DNA from: Candidatus Latescibacterota bacterium
GTDB lineage: Bacteria; Latescibacterota; UBA2968; UBA8231
Assembly (NCBI GenBank): GCA_965217585.1
Contig: OZ244561.1
Coordinates: 2,976,001 to 3,040,000, forward strand
DNA: 64,000 bases
Reading direction: 5' to 3'
A model generated the notes under the pieces. The model was not told where the DNA came from. It did no database searches and saw only the letters and a list, made by a program, of their open reading frames with translations. Shown in pieces: positions 55,780 to 64,000 of this stretch (position 1 is the stretch's first letter; each line of letters begins with the position of its first letter). Position numbers and translations under genes: made by a program.

Positions 55780-56199
55780 TTATTCACAGTAAACTCGGAC
55801 CTTGTCGTCCCCATCCTGGATATTGACCTCGATATCGCTTAGTGCGTCTATGAGCTGATCGAGGTCCTCGGTTCGCAGGTTGTGAATGTCGATGTCGATG
55901 CCGTTTCTCTCCATCGTCTTGTTGATGCCCTGCGCTGCCTGATCCGGAAGCAGGTTGTGCAGCTTGACTCCGGCCTTGATCAGCGCCAGCGGCACCCGGA
56001 CGTCGACGTGCTCGTCCCCGTCCGAGGCGATGGTGACTCGCAGATACCGGGCCGCTCCCGTGCGGGGGGGGGCTAGCGGCTGTACCGCTGTAGTCGCCTC
56101 TGGACCCTCGTCAACGAGGGAAAGCAGGCGCTCGGCCTCATCGACGGACACCTTGCCTTCGGATAGCATCTCGAGTACGCGTCTGCTGTTTTCGTTCAT
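55780..56199 (-). CDS. SHOCT-like domain protein (DUF2089-operon partner)
   Basis: RRVLEMLSEGKVSVDEAERLL; V.VRVPLALIKAG; KVRVYCE. Confidence 0.8.
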   Translation of the reverse strand: MNENSRRVLEMLSEGKVSVDEAERLLSLVDEGPEATTAVQPLAPPRTGAARYLRVTIASDGDEHVDVRVPLALIKAGVKLHNLLPDQAAQGINKTMERNGIDIDIHNLRTEDLDQLIDALSDIEVNIQDGDDKVRVYCE

Positions 56200-56229
56200 G
56201 GCTGTCCTCCTGTTCGTTGCTGAGTTTGG

Positions 56230-57276
56230 CTACTGAATCGCAATGGAGCCGTTCACGGTCTTGGCGGTCAATTCGGCCTCACCTTCGCCCACCGTCCCCT
56301 TGAGCTTGTGGCGCTTATCGACCGACGCGACGAAGCCCGGCACCTCGCAGCGGACTCGCCCGTTGACCGTCGCAGCCGTTAGCTTGAGGCTCGGCTCGGC
56401 GTCCAGCGCTACCTTTATGTTGCCGTTCGAGGTGGCTAGCCTGTTGCCGTTTCCGGGCTCGATGCTCCCCTGAAACTTTATCGACCCGTTGGTCGTCCGC
56501 GCATCGAAGCGGCCGTGTGCGTCCTCGATGGACACGCGACTGTTTAAGGTGGCGAGCACGGCCGAGCCTGAGAGCGTCTTGACCGTGATTGGGGCGTTTT
56601 TGGTCGTCGCGTTCAGGTCGCCCTTGAAATTTTCGACCCTTATGGGCCCGTTCTTGGTATGTACCGCTCCACCGCCTTCCGTTCCCTGGAGTTCCACCGG
56701 CCCGTTGCTAGTCGCCAAGTCAACGCTAGTTGTGACGGGCACAGTCACCTCAATATTTGCTCCGGAGCGCTGGCGGGAGAATCCGTGCAGGAATTCCTCG
56801 GATTGCCGATCCGACTTGGCCTCGACCGTGACGAGGTCGCCTTCCTGCACGGCGCTGTACTCGATGCCGTGGGGGTTCTTCAGCCTGGCCCGCACGCGAA
56901 TTGAGCCGGGGCTGCCGGCATGGACCCGGATGCGGCCGTTGAAGCCGCGCACTACAAGGCGCGGGTTGTCGCCCACTGCGAAAGTGTCGTCGCGCATGGA
57001 CGTCTTGCCCTCCTTGTCGCGGGCGTCGTTTTCGCTCTCTGACCACCCGGATAGAGATTCTTCAAGTCCTTCGAGTCCTTCTTCGAGTCCTTCGAGGGTG
57101 TCTTGCACCGCCTCAACGCCAGGTATCGGAGGTATCGGAGCATCAATTCCGCACCCCTTGCGGGTTTTGACGCGGTGGGTGCCTTGCAGCGCCTCCAAGA
57201 GACGCTCGGCCTCCTCTACAGTCACCTTCCCCTCCGCGAGCATGTCGAGGACTCTGCGTCGCTCTTCAGTCATCAC
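56230..57276 (-). CDS. DUF4097 beta-strand repeat protein with N-terminal SHOCT-like domain (YvlB/LiaX-like)
   Basis: EERRRVLDMLAEGKVTVEEAERLL; repeated T.NG.I motifs. Confidence 0.85.
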   Translation of the reverse strand: MMTEERRRVLDMLAEGKVTVEEAERLLEALQGTHRVKTRKGCGIDAPIPPIPGVEAVQDTLEGLEEGLEGLEESLSGWSESENDARDKEGKTSMRDDTFAVGDNPRLVVRGFNGRIRVHAGSPGSIRVRARLKNPHGIEYSAVQEGDLVTVEAKSDRQSEEFLHGFSRQRSGANIEVTVPVTTSVDLATSNGPVELQGTEGGGAVHTKNGPIRVENFKGDLNATTKNAPITVKTLSGSAVLATLNSRVSIEDAHGRFDARTTNGSIKFQGSIEPGNGNRLATSNGNIKVALDAEPSLKLTAATVNGRVRCEVPGFVASVDKRHKLKGTVGEGEAELTAKTVNGSIAIQ

Positions 57277-57282
57277 AGCCTC

Positions 57283-57558
57283 CTAGTCGATTGAAATGAA
57301 CACGCGATCCTCGCCAGAGACTACGTCGAAGCGTAGGCCGCGCAGCGAGGCAAGCACGTACAGAAGTAAAGGGCCGGCCAGCAGGACGGAACGACCCCGA
57401 GTGCGGTGCCCTGAGCGCGCCGCTACTAGTAATGCAACAGGTGTCCCCAGCAGCACCACGACGAGAATGACCGGCCACAGCACTATGAGCGGGATCCACA
57501 GCCGAATGCGGCGTTTGTCGTTCTGGACCCGTACTCTCAGGAACACCGGTGGCAGCAT
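57283..57558 (-). CDS. small membrane protein
   Basis: RLWIPLIVLWP TM segment; coupled to its neighbours (TGATG overlap at 57558). Confidence 0.75.
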   Translation of the reverse strand: MLPPVFLRVRVQNDKRRIRLWIPLIVLWPVILVVVLLGTPVALLVAARSGHRTRGRSVLLAGPLLLYVLASLRGLRFDVVSGEDRVFISID

Positions 57559-57947
57559 CAGGAGAGCCTCCGCAGCGCCTCTTCGACGTCGATCTCGCCG
57601 CTGTCTAGGCTGTCGAGTACTGCCGCCGATTGAGGACTCAAGCGTGGTGGGCTAGCCGATTCTGTGGTTCGAGGTACCGTCTCGACGAACTGTAGCTGCT
57701 CTGCAATGGCATTCAACCGGTTCTTAACTGTCGGGTAGCTGATGCCAAATATGCGCTCCATCTCCTTGATCGAGCCGTGGACTTGGACGAAGGCCATTGC
57801 GAATACCTGGTCCTCGGCGGAAAGACGCGCCAAAATAGGCAGCTCGAATTGCCCTTCGATCGCGATATCGCTGTCCGGCAAGGAAACCCGTTCCACTACG
57901 ATACGCGCCCCCTTCGTCAGATCGGTTAGCTCTTTCCAGTCTTTGAT
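57558..57947 (-). CDS. DUF2089 family HTH protein; apparent ATC start
   Basis: LARLSAEDQVF..AFV..HGSIKEMERIFGISYPTVKNRL; the frame extends upstream to ATC-KDWKELTDLTKG behind GGAGG. Confidence 0.85.
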   Translation of the reverse strand: MKDWKELTDLTKGARIVVERVSLPDSDIAIEGQFELPILARLSAEDQVFAMAFVQVHGSIKEMERIFGISYPTVKNRLNAIAEQLQFVETVPRTTESASPPRLSPQSAAVLDSLDSGEIDVEEALRRLS

Positions 57948-57980
57948 GGCGATACCTCCAAATAATTAAATTTAGGCGTA

Positions 57981-58008
57981 ATTATAGCCATATAATTTAA
58001 AAAGTCAA
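57981..58008 (-). promoter_or_regulatory. sigma70 promoter of the DUF2089 operon in an AT-rich patch
   Basis: Minus strand TTGACT-N16-TATAAT. Confidence 0.7.
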
Positions 58009-58075
58009 TTATTAAATTGATAAAATTAATTTTTAATGATTGGCTCGATTAACTAACTTGGAAAGGATTCGGATG

Positions 58076-59191
58076 CTAGTCTTCCTCCACGGCTGCGGAC
58101 ACCGCGTTGGAAACCCGCCGCAACAGGCTCCCGTTAGCGACCATTTGGTTGGTTAGCACCACGCAGCTTAGCTGGTGCTCTGCGTCCGCCCACGCCACCG
58201 TGCCGGTCGCCCCGGTGTGGCCGAAGGTGTGCGGCGACACCAGATCGCCCCAAAAGGCCCACACCCGCGCCCCGCACACGCCCCACCCAAGGCCCCACGG
58301 CGCGTCGAGCGTCCCGTTCTGGTCCCGCGTCATCGCCGAGACCGCAGCCCGGCTGAAGATGCGCTGGTCGCCGTACGCGCCGCCGTTGAGCATGGTTTGC
58401 AAGAGGATCGCCAGATCGCGTCCGGTGCTGTGCATGCCGCCCCACGGCGCCCCGAAATCGCGCCAGTACGGGGAATTCCATCCCCAGCTCCGCAGTTCTT
58501 CGTCCTCTTCGGTATCTGTCCCGCACCACACGGTGTCCTCGATCGCCCAATCGCCTATGCCCAACGCGCTGCGCTCCATGCCTAGCGGCGCGAAAATTTC
58601 CTCGCGTTCAAAGTCGCGCAACCGCTGGCCGCTGACGCGCTCGACGATCGCGGCCGCCAGCAGGATGCCTTTGCTCTGGTAGCGGAAATCGGTCGCCGGT
58701 TTGTAGAGCAGGGGCGTCTGCATGGCGCGCTCGACAAAGACCTCTACCGGCTCGTGTGCCCGCCGCAGGCTGACATTCTCCGGCAGCATGTCGGGCATTC
58801 CCGATATGTGCGATAGCAGGTGGCGGACCTTGATGTCGGGCCGGTCGCCGCCTGTGAACTGGGGTAGGTAGTCGGCGGCCGGGTCGTCGAGCGAAATTAG
58901 CCCGCGGTCAACGAGAATCATCAGCGCACAAGCTGTGACCGGCTTGGTGATCGACGCGAGGAGAAAGATCGAATCCGCATCGACCGGCTGGCCGGTGTTA
59001 GGTTTCCGCTGGCCGGCCCCGCGTGCGAAGACCTCTTTGCCGTGCCGCGCTACCGTCAGCGAGGCCGCGCTGATCTGGCCTGCTTCGGCAGCAGCCGTGA
59101 GCAGGCCGAAGGCCCGTTCGAGTTGTGCGGCCGACATGCCGACAGCCGCTGGGTCGCCCGTTTGCAAAATCGTTCCGTCCGTTGTCATCAT
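58076..59191 (-). CDS. serine hydrolase, beta-lactamase class C/esterase family
   Basis: LASITK (SxxK), LLSHISG, FRYQS, FGHTGATG. Confidence 0.9.
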   Translation of the reverse strand: MMTTDGTILQTGDPAAVGMSAAQLERAFGLLTAAAEAGQISAASLTVARHGKEVFARGAGQRKPNTGQPVDADSIFLLASITKPVTACALMILVDRGLISLDDPAADYLPQFTGGDRPDIKVRHLLSHISGMPDMLPENVSLRRAHEPVEVFVERAMQTPLLYKPATDFRYQSKGILLAAAIVERVSGQRLRDFEREEIFAPLGMERSALGIGDWAIEDTVWCGTDTEEDEELRSWGWNSPYWRDFGAPWGGMHSTGRDLAILLQTMLNGGAYGDQRIFSRAAVSAMTRDQNGTLDAPWGLGWGVCGARVWAFWGDLVSPHTFGHTGATGTVAWADAEHQLSCVVLTNQMVANGSLLRRVSNAVSAAVEED

Positions 59192-59253
59192 GTGCTCCTT
59201 TTCGCGAGTACTCTATCTGCATGGATGTGAGCTTCGGATATACAAAGTGCTCC

Positions 59254-59979
59254 TCAACCGACTAATTCGACCACTTCCCTTAACCCGGCTACCACTCGCA
59301 CCCCGTCCTCCGTCCATTCTGGCTCTGCCGGAGAGCCATCCGCGCCGAGCGATCGCTGAATCAACACCGGTCGCAGCCCCGCTGCCCTAGCTCCTGCTAT
59401 GTCGTCTTCCGGTGAATCGCCGACGAAGAGCGCCTCGTCCGTCGTCAACCCGGTCTGCTCCAGGGCCGGGGCAAAGATCGCCGGGTCGGGCTTTTTGACG
59501 CCGACATCGCCGGAGACTACTACTACGTCAAAAAAGGGGCGCAACGCCAGCTCGTCTAGCAACCGATGGACGTGCGGCGGATGGTCGAAGTTGGAGATCA
59601 GCGCCAGCTTGTAGCGGCCTTGCAGCTCGCCGAGCACGCTTTTGGCCTCTGGGTCGAGCGGCGTGTGTGCGTGCCACGCCGCCACGCTCGCCGCGCTGGT
59701 CCGCCGCAATTCCTCCAACTCCAATTCCAAGCCTAGCTCTAAGCCCAACTCGCGGATGCGACGCTCGTACACGGTTAGCCCGTCGTCCTGTACTGGCGGC
59801 TCGGGTTGGAGCAAGAATTCCTTACATACTCGGATCAACGTTTCGTCATCAAACGCACGGCCACTAGCGACCAACTCGCGGCGTATGGCATGGAACCAAC
59901 TCTCTCCCGCAGCTTCCATATTGCCGTAGCACAACAAGGTGCCGTAGAGATCGAAGAATACTCCTCGTATTTCAGCCAT
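59254..59979 (-). CDS. HAD family hydrolase
   Basis: FFDLYGTL, ISN, KKPDPAIF, VGDS..DDI.GA. Confidence 0.9.
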   Translation of the reverse strand: MAEIRGVFFDLYGTLLCYGNMEAAGESWFHAIRRELVASGRAFDDETLIRVCKEFLLQPEPPVQDDGLTVYERRIRELGLELGLELELEELRRTSAASVAAWHAHTPLDPEAKSVLGELQGRYKLALISNFDHPPHVHRLLDELALRPFFDVVVVSGDVGVKKPDPAIFAPALEQTGLTTDEALFVGDSPEDDIAGARAAGLRPVLIQRSLGADGSPAEPEWTEDGVRVVAGLREVVELVG

Positions 59980-60039
59980 TGATGGTCTTTCTAATTGGCT
60001 TAGGGCGGACTTGCCCACGTCCTGCAACGAGCGGCGCAA

Positions 60040-60675
60040 TCACAACCGTTTCCCCACCCACAGAGCACCTCGGCGCACCACTTCCTGGAAGGAGGGGTTT
60101 TCCAGCACCGCCTTATCGTGGCCCAAGGCAAAGAAGAACACTCGGCCCTGACCATAAGTGTGGTGATAGGCCATGACGTGGGTCTCGTCGCGACCGGGGT
60201 CATAGGCGTGCATGAGGTGATGCGAGCGGCTGGGGTCGTGCTTGAGGTAGTGCAACTCGTCGGTCACGGCAAAGTCTTTAAGGCCCGCGGCAATGGGGTC
60301 GTCGGGGTCGGAGATGGTGACGGTGAAATCCATGTACGGGCTGTGGCCGTCGAAGAAGCCGTTGAGCATTTGGTGATAGCCGGCGTTGTCGCGGAAGGAG
60401 GCGTCTGCGGTATGCAGGCCAAAGAAGCCGCCGCCGCGTTCGATAAAGTGCAAAAGCTCCTGTTCTTGGGCTTGGGTGAAGTGGCCGACATCCGTGAAGA
60501 AGAGGGTGGCGTCGTACGCGTTAAGGCCGCTGGCCATAATCTCGTAGTCGCGCGAGAAATCGGCCTCGATCTGGGCGTCTTGGTTCAGCAGGTCGGTCAG
60601 AAATCGGCCTTGGCCTTCGTGGTCGTGGTAGATGCCTTCGGTGCCGACGAATACTAAAAGTTTAACGGGAGCCAT
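60040..60675 (-). CDS. ThuA domain-containing protein
   Basis: YHDH, GGGFFGLH, F.GH, PI..GL.DF..TDEL.Y, YGQGRVFF.ALGH. Confidence 0.88.
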   Translation of the reverse strand: MAPVKLLVFVGTEGIYHDHEGQGRFLTDLLNQDAQIEADFSRDYEIMASGLNAYDATLFFTDVGHFTQAQEQELLHFIERGGGFFGLHTADASFRDNAGYHQMLNGFFDGHSPYMDFTVTISDPDDPIAAGLKDFAVTDELHYLKHDPSRSHHLMHAYDPGRDETHVMAYHHTYGQGRVFFFALGHDKAVLENPSFQEVVRRGALWVGKRL

Positions 60676-60785
60676 GGCGAGTTTCTCCTTTTGTTATTGG
60701 GTTAGTTGGGAGCGGCGGTAGAGGAGGTAGTACCAGAGTCCACGCGAGCGGCGACCAGACTTGGGACGCGGGAATGTGCCCCACA

Positions 60786-61832
60786 TCAAGCCCAGCGGAT
60801 TGGGACCTCCAAATCTCGGGCTAGTTCGTCCACTTGGTCGGCTAAGGTGGCTTCAAGGGCAATGCCGTGTTTTAGGTAGTCGGCGCGCCGCTGGTAACTG
60901 CCTTCGCCCGGCCACTGCACGGGGCCCTGCTCGGGTGCTGCTTCCACCGATTTAATATGGGCCTTCAGATCGGCGCTGCGGTCGTGTAGCCAGTCGCCAA
61001 AGGGCTTGAGGGCGATAAAGCACTTGGTGGAGCCGCCGGCCGAATCCGTTGGCCGGCCCTCGGTGCCCTGCTCAAAAGCGAGGAGGCTGCCGGCCAGCCC
61101 AGCCGTGAGCAGATCGACCATAAAGGCAAGTCCTGAGCCTTTGTGCTGACCCATGGGCAAAAAGCGCCACGATTGCAGCAAGTCACTCGGATCTGTAGTG
61201 GGCCTTCCGCGCTCGTCCAAGCCCCAACCTTCGGGGACGCTGCGTCCGGCGGCCTCGGCTTGGCGCACGCGGCTTATGGAGGATTGGGTCATGGCCAAGT
61301 CGAGGACCACAGGCTCGCCGTCGGCCGTGGGAATGCCAATGGCGAGGGGATTGTTGCCTAGGGAAGGGACGCGCGTGCCCCAGGCGGGAAAGTTGGCGAA
61401 CGCGTTGGTGAAGGCTAGGCCGACCAGCCCGGCGCGGGCGGCCCGCAAAGCGTAGCTATGCCCGCGCCCCCAGTGCCCGACGTTGCGGACGACGCAGGTG
61501 CCCACGCCGTATTGTTGCGCTCGTTCGAGTGCCCAATCCATGCCCTGCGCCGAAGAAAAGCGGCCAATGCCTCCGCCGACATCGATCAGCCGGGAGGCTG
61601 GGTACTCGACGATGGTTTCAAAGCGGGGATCGGGCGTCAAAATTCCCTGGCGGATGTAATTGATCGCCGAGGGCAATAAGGCGACGCCGTGGGTGTGGCC
61701 GCCGTGCAGGTCCACTTCAGCGCCGATTTGGGCTTCGACTGCGGCTACGTGCGGCGGCACTCCTACGGCTGCGAGAGCGTCGAGGAAGAATTGTTCTAGA
61801 TCGGTGTGGGCGATGCGCTTGGGCTGGTTCAT
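60786..61832 (-). CDS. Ldh_2 family oxidoreductase (type 2 malate/L-lactate dehydrogenase-like)
   Basis: DL.G..THG, N.GHWGR, LGNNPLAIG, LD.AM, GRPTTDP, P.G.HKGSGL; ATG overlaps the mazF stop. Confidence 0.9.
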   Translation of the reverse strand: MNQPKRIAHTDLEQFFLDALAAVGVPPHVAAVEAQIGAEVDLHGGHTHGVALLPSAINYIRQGILTPDPRFETIVEYPASRLIDVGGGIGRFSSAQGMDWALERAQQYGVGTCVVRNVGHWGRGHSYALRAARAGLVGLAFTNAFANFPAWGTRVPSLGNNPLAIGIPTADGEPVVLDLAMTQSSISRVRQAEAAGRSVPEGWGLDERGRPTTDPSDLLQSWRFLPMGQHKGSGLAFMVDLLTAGLAGSLLAFEQGTEGRPTDSAGGSTKCFIALKPFGDWLHDRSADLKAHIKSVEAAPEQGPVQWPGEGSYQRRADYLKHGIALEATLADQVDELARDLEVPIRWA

Positions 61833-62179
61833 TATTGGCCCGGATTGTACAGGCAGGCGTCTAGGAGGCTTAAAACTTCGTCGAGCACTGCTCCGGGGGC
61901 CTTCCCAACGAACTTTACTTTGCGGCTTGCGTAATCGACGGATTTGATCTGTTCGACCATGATATACCCCGTAAGGGATGATTCGCTTGGAATTTCCACG
62001 TGAAAGGGGATATTCCTTTTTGTCTTGGTTATCGGGCACACCATGGCAAGACCGGTGTGCCTGTTGAACAGAGTGTTGCTGACTACCAATGCGGGACGTC
62101 GCCCTTTTTGCTCGTGTCCCGCCTGTGGATCAAAAGTCAAAATCACGAAATCCCCTTTCTGCGGAATATAACGGGGCAT
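61832..62179 (-). CDS. mazF: type II toxin, PemK/MazF family endoribonuclease
   Basis: YIPQKGD, FDPQAGHEQKGRRPALVVS, CPIT, EQIKSVD. Confidence 0.95.
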   Translation of the reverse strand: MPRYIPQKGDFVILTFDPQAGHEQKGRRPALVVSNTLFNRHTGLAMVCPITKTKRNIPFHVEIPSESSLTGYIMVEQIKSVDYASRKVKFVGKAPGAVLDEVLSLLDACLYNPGQ

Positions 62180-62425
62180 TTACCAGACTTCCTTCCCAAT
62201 AGGCCCGTCCCAATCCAGTTCTTCAACTCGGTACTCTTTGGGCATCTTTGACAGCAACTCCTGCAAATCATATCTCCCGCGAACTTTAGTCGTAGCCTCA
62301 ATTATAATTCGTCCATTTTTGACGGAAATATCCACTTCGTCGCCCACGTTTAGCTGCGCTTCTTGGAGGATGGTCTTGGCCAACCGAAGCCCTTGGCTGT
62401 TTCCCCATTTCTGTATTGTAGTCAA
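62180..62425 (-). CDS. mazE: AbrB/MazE family antitoxin
   Basis: IQKWGNSQGLRL, Y.LQELL, E.DW..P.GKEVW; TTG 62425 behind AGGAGG (ATG 62443 is an alternative). Confidence 0.92.
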   Translation of the reverse strand: MTTIQKWGNSQGLRLAKTILQEAQLNVGDEVDISVKNGRIIIEATTKVRGRYDLQELLSKMPKEYRVEELDWDGPIGKEVW

Positions 62426-62451
62426 CTTGGCTAACCTCCTCATAAGGTGAT

Positions 62452-62490
62452 GTATATCCAAAGTATATCCCGTGAGAAGCCGAAGGGCAA
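62452..62490 (-). promoter_or_regulatory. mazEF promoter and probable autoregulatory operator
   Basis: Minus strand TTGCCC-N17-TATACT overlapped by two GGATATAC repeats. Confidence 0.65.
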
Positions 62491-62584
62491 GGTGGTCTGT
62501 TAGCGGCCCTGGCGGCAAAGTCCACAGGTCGCGGAGAGAACGCGCCCGTCAGCCTCCCGTAGAGCGATAGTGCCGCACGCCCAC

Positions 62585-63814
62585 TTACCAGCCGCGCACC
62601 ATATAGGCCTGCAACACGCCACTTTCATCGGAATTGAAGAAGCCCGATCCGCCATCCGGCGAGAGGAAAGGATGGATGTGGGTGTCCTTCTGCCAGGACG
62701 ATCCGGGGTCCACGATCTTCCGCGCATTCGCGAGCGCGCCGTCCTCTTCCTCGGGAAGGTCGAACAGCCAGACCGCGCCGCCCCCGTCTTTCGGGCCCGC
62801 ATCCGCGATCAAACGGGTCCCGTCTAGGTCCGTTGCGAAATGCCAGAAATCGGGCCCGGCAAAGGAGCGGGACAGGTCGTTGCGCCAGCCGCCCGGCGTG
62901 CTGATGCCTTCATCGCCGACGTGCGCTACCGCCCTGCCCGAGATGAGCTGTCTTTCGTCCGGTTTGCGCGTCGAGGTGCTGGTGATGGCAATGTCGCTTC
63001 TTCCCTGCCAGCACTGATGACCCTGACAGAACTCGTTCCCATCCCTGCCCCAGGGGAAGTCGCGCAGCTTTGTGCCATCGTCCCGGATCAGGTGGATGTC
63101 CGCGCCCAGTCCGCTGACGAGCTTTTCCACCCTGCCATCGGCGGCAATGATATTCCCGTGATTTTCTTGGATCATGATGTCGTGGGAAGCCACGGGGTCC
63201 GTTTGACGCGTGTACTGCGGGTGCAGGTTGCACCAGGTGGGACCGTGCAAGACCAACCGTACGGAGGGCTCTTCAATCTCGAAGACGAGCAGACCCCAGG
63301 GTGCTTCTGCGCTGTTGCCGTCCCCGAGAAATCCCGAGATGGCGATGCGCCCGCCATCGGATGAAATCGTCGAAAGCGGATACGGTCGGCTCAGCCTGAA
63401 ATCGGTCTCTGGAATCGCGTGATCTAGGACGTAGACGATCTCGCGTTCAGACCCATCCAGCCCGACCCGCTTCAGCGTCAGTCGTCCGCCTCCTCCGGGC
63501 TCTGTTTCATTGACGAAGTAGTACAGGTGGGCACCATCTGGTGAGATAGACGGCCCCGTCGTTCCACGCTCGGTGGTGATCGGCGTTAGGCTGCAATTGT
63601 CTTCCAAGTTGCAAACCAGAAACTGGTGCTCGGGGTCCTGCGGATCAGAGCCGTGAGGATGCGCTGAGCGGTGGAGGATCAGCCGCTGTGAATCGGGCGT
63701 GAAGATCTGCGCCTCCATATAGACATGCGATGAGGGAATCGACTCAGCCGTGAGCTGAATGACTTTTAGATTGTCCCGCTCGGTCTCGGGGACGAGGTCA
63801 GGTCGGACTTTCAT
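62585..63814 (-). CDS. oligogalacturonate lyase-like / TolB-like beta-propeller protein
   Basis: VIQLT, H.Y....FTPD, ISPDG, H..W, HIHPFLSPDG..FFNSD..G..Q.Y. Confidence 0.75.
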   Translation of the reverse strand: MKVRPDLVPETERDNLKVIQLTAESIPSSHVYMEAQIFTPDSQRLILHRSAHPHGSDPQDPEHQFLVCNLEDNCSLTPITTERGTTGPSISPDGAHLYYFVNETEPGGGGRLTLKRVGLDGSEREIVYVLDHAIPETDFRLSRPYPLSTISSDGGRIAISGFLGDGNSAEAPWGLLVFEIEEPSVRLVLHGPTWCNLHPQYTRQTDPVASHDIMIQENHGNIIAADGRVEKLVSGLGADIHLIRDDGTKLRDFPWGRDGNEFCQGHQCWQGRSDIAITSTSTRKPDERQLISGRAVAHVGDEGISTPGGWRNDLSRSFAGPDFWHFATDLDGTRLIADAGPKDGGGAVWLFDLPEEEDGALANARKIVDPGSSWQKDTHIHPFLSPDGGSGFFNSDESGVLQAYMVRGW

Positions 63815-63827
63815 TCGCTTTTATTCC

Positions 63828-64000
63828 TCACTCCTTAACGACCGGGTACATGGCCGCAATGTGCTCCGGCCCTGAGGCGCAGCAGCCGCCGATGATCCGG
63901 GCACCCATCCGCTTCCACTCGCCGGCAAACTCCGCCATGCGGGAGGGGTAGTAGTCGGCATTTTGCAGGATGTCCACGCTGGCACTGGGTTTTTGGTTCG
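63828..64000 (-). CDS. homocysteine S-methyltransferase family protein, C-terminal part (partial)
   Basis: ...YPSRMAEFAGEWKRMGARIIGGCCASGPEHIAAM...KE*; IIGGCC zinc-binding motif. Confidence 0.85.
   Translation of the reverse strand, partial: NQKPSASVDILQNADYYPSRMAEFAGEWKRMGARIIGGCCASGPEHIAAMYPVVKE

Noticed and set aside
58076-59191. Bona fide beta-lactamase resistance gene
   Set aside because: No signal peptide, and the motifs (YQS, HTG) fit cytoplasmic family VIII esterase-like serine hydrolases; resistance cannot be inferred.

Overview
GC-rich bacterial window. The gene content (several PhyH dioxygenases and Gfo/Idh/MocA oxidoreductases, T9SS/FlgD-like C-terminal domains, a giant cadherin/FN3/Calx-beta autotransporter) suggests an FCB-group organism such as a Latescibacterota/Gemmatimonadota-like marine or sponge symbiont; this is inference. 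Left part: VIT-VWA protein, surE, enolase-superfamily enzyme, two PhyH genes, cadherin/FN3 lipoprotein, OMP, LacI, then a TPP riboswitch controlling a TonB-dependent receptor and thiamine pyrophosphokinase (thiN). Pieces of thiN recur twice more as diverged remnants (14826-14948, 31584-31712). They bracket a lone radical SAM gene and a ~16.5 kb minus-strand nine-gene operon, the most unusual feature here. That operon encodes a Spy/CpxP-like periplasmic protein, a free ABC ATPase, an ABC permease fused to a zinc-site-less M1-peptidase-like domain, an MFP, an RND pump, a second RND pump fused in frame to an ABC ATPase whose NBD is interrupted by a membrane insert, a second ABC permease, a TolC-family channel and a membrane protein. 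It looks like a hybrid ABC-RND envelope machine behind an ECF-type promoter. Right part: oxidoreductases, NYN-cold-shock protein, SGNH hydrolase, a 5376-aa repeat adhesin, a metzincin protease, a DUF2089/DUF4097 operon with an apparent ATC start, several hydrolases, mazEF coupled to an Ldh_2 gene, an oligogalacturonate-lyase-like propeller and a partial homocysteine S-methyltransferase. No rRNA, tRNA, CRISPR array, integrase or transposase was seen. All family calls come from motif reading, not database searches.
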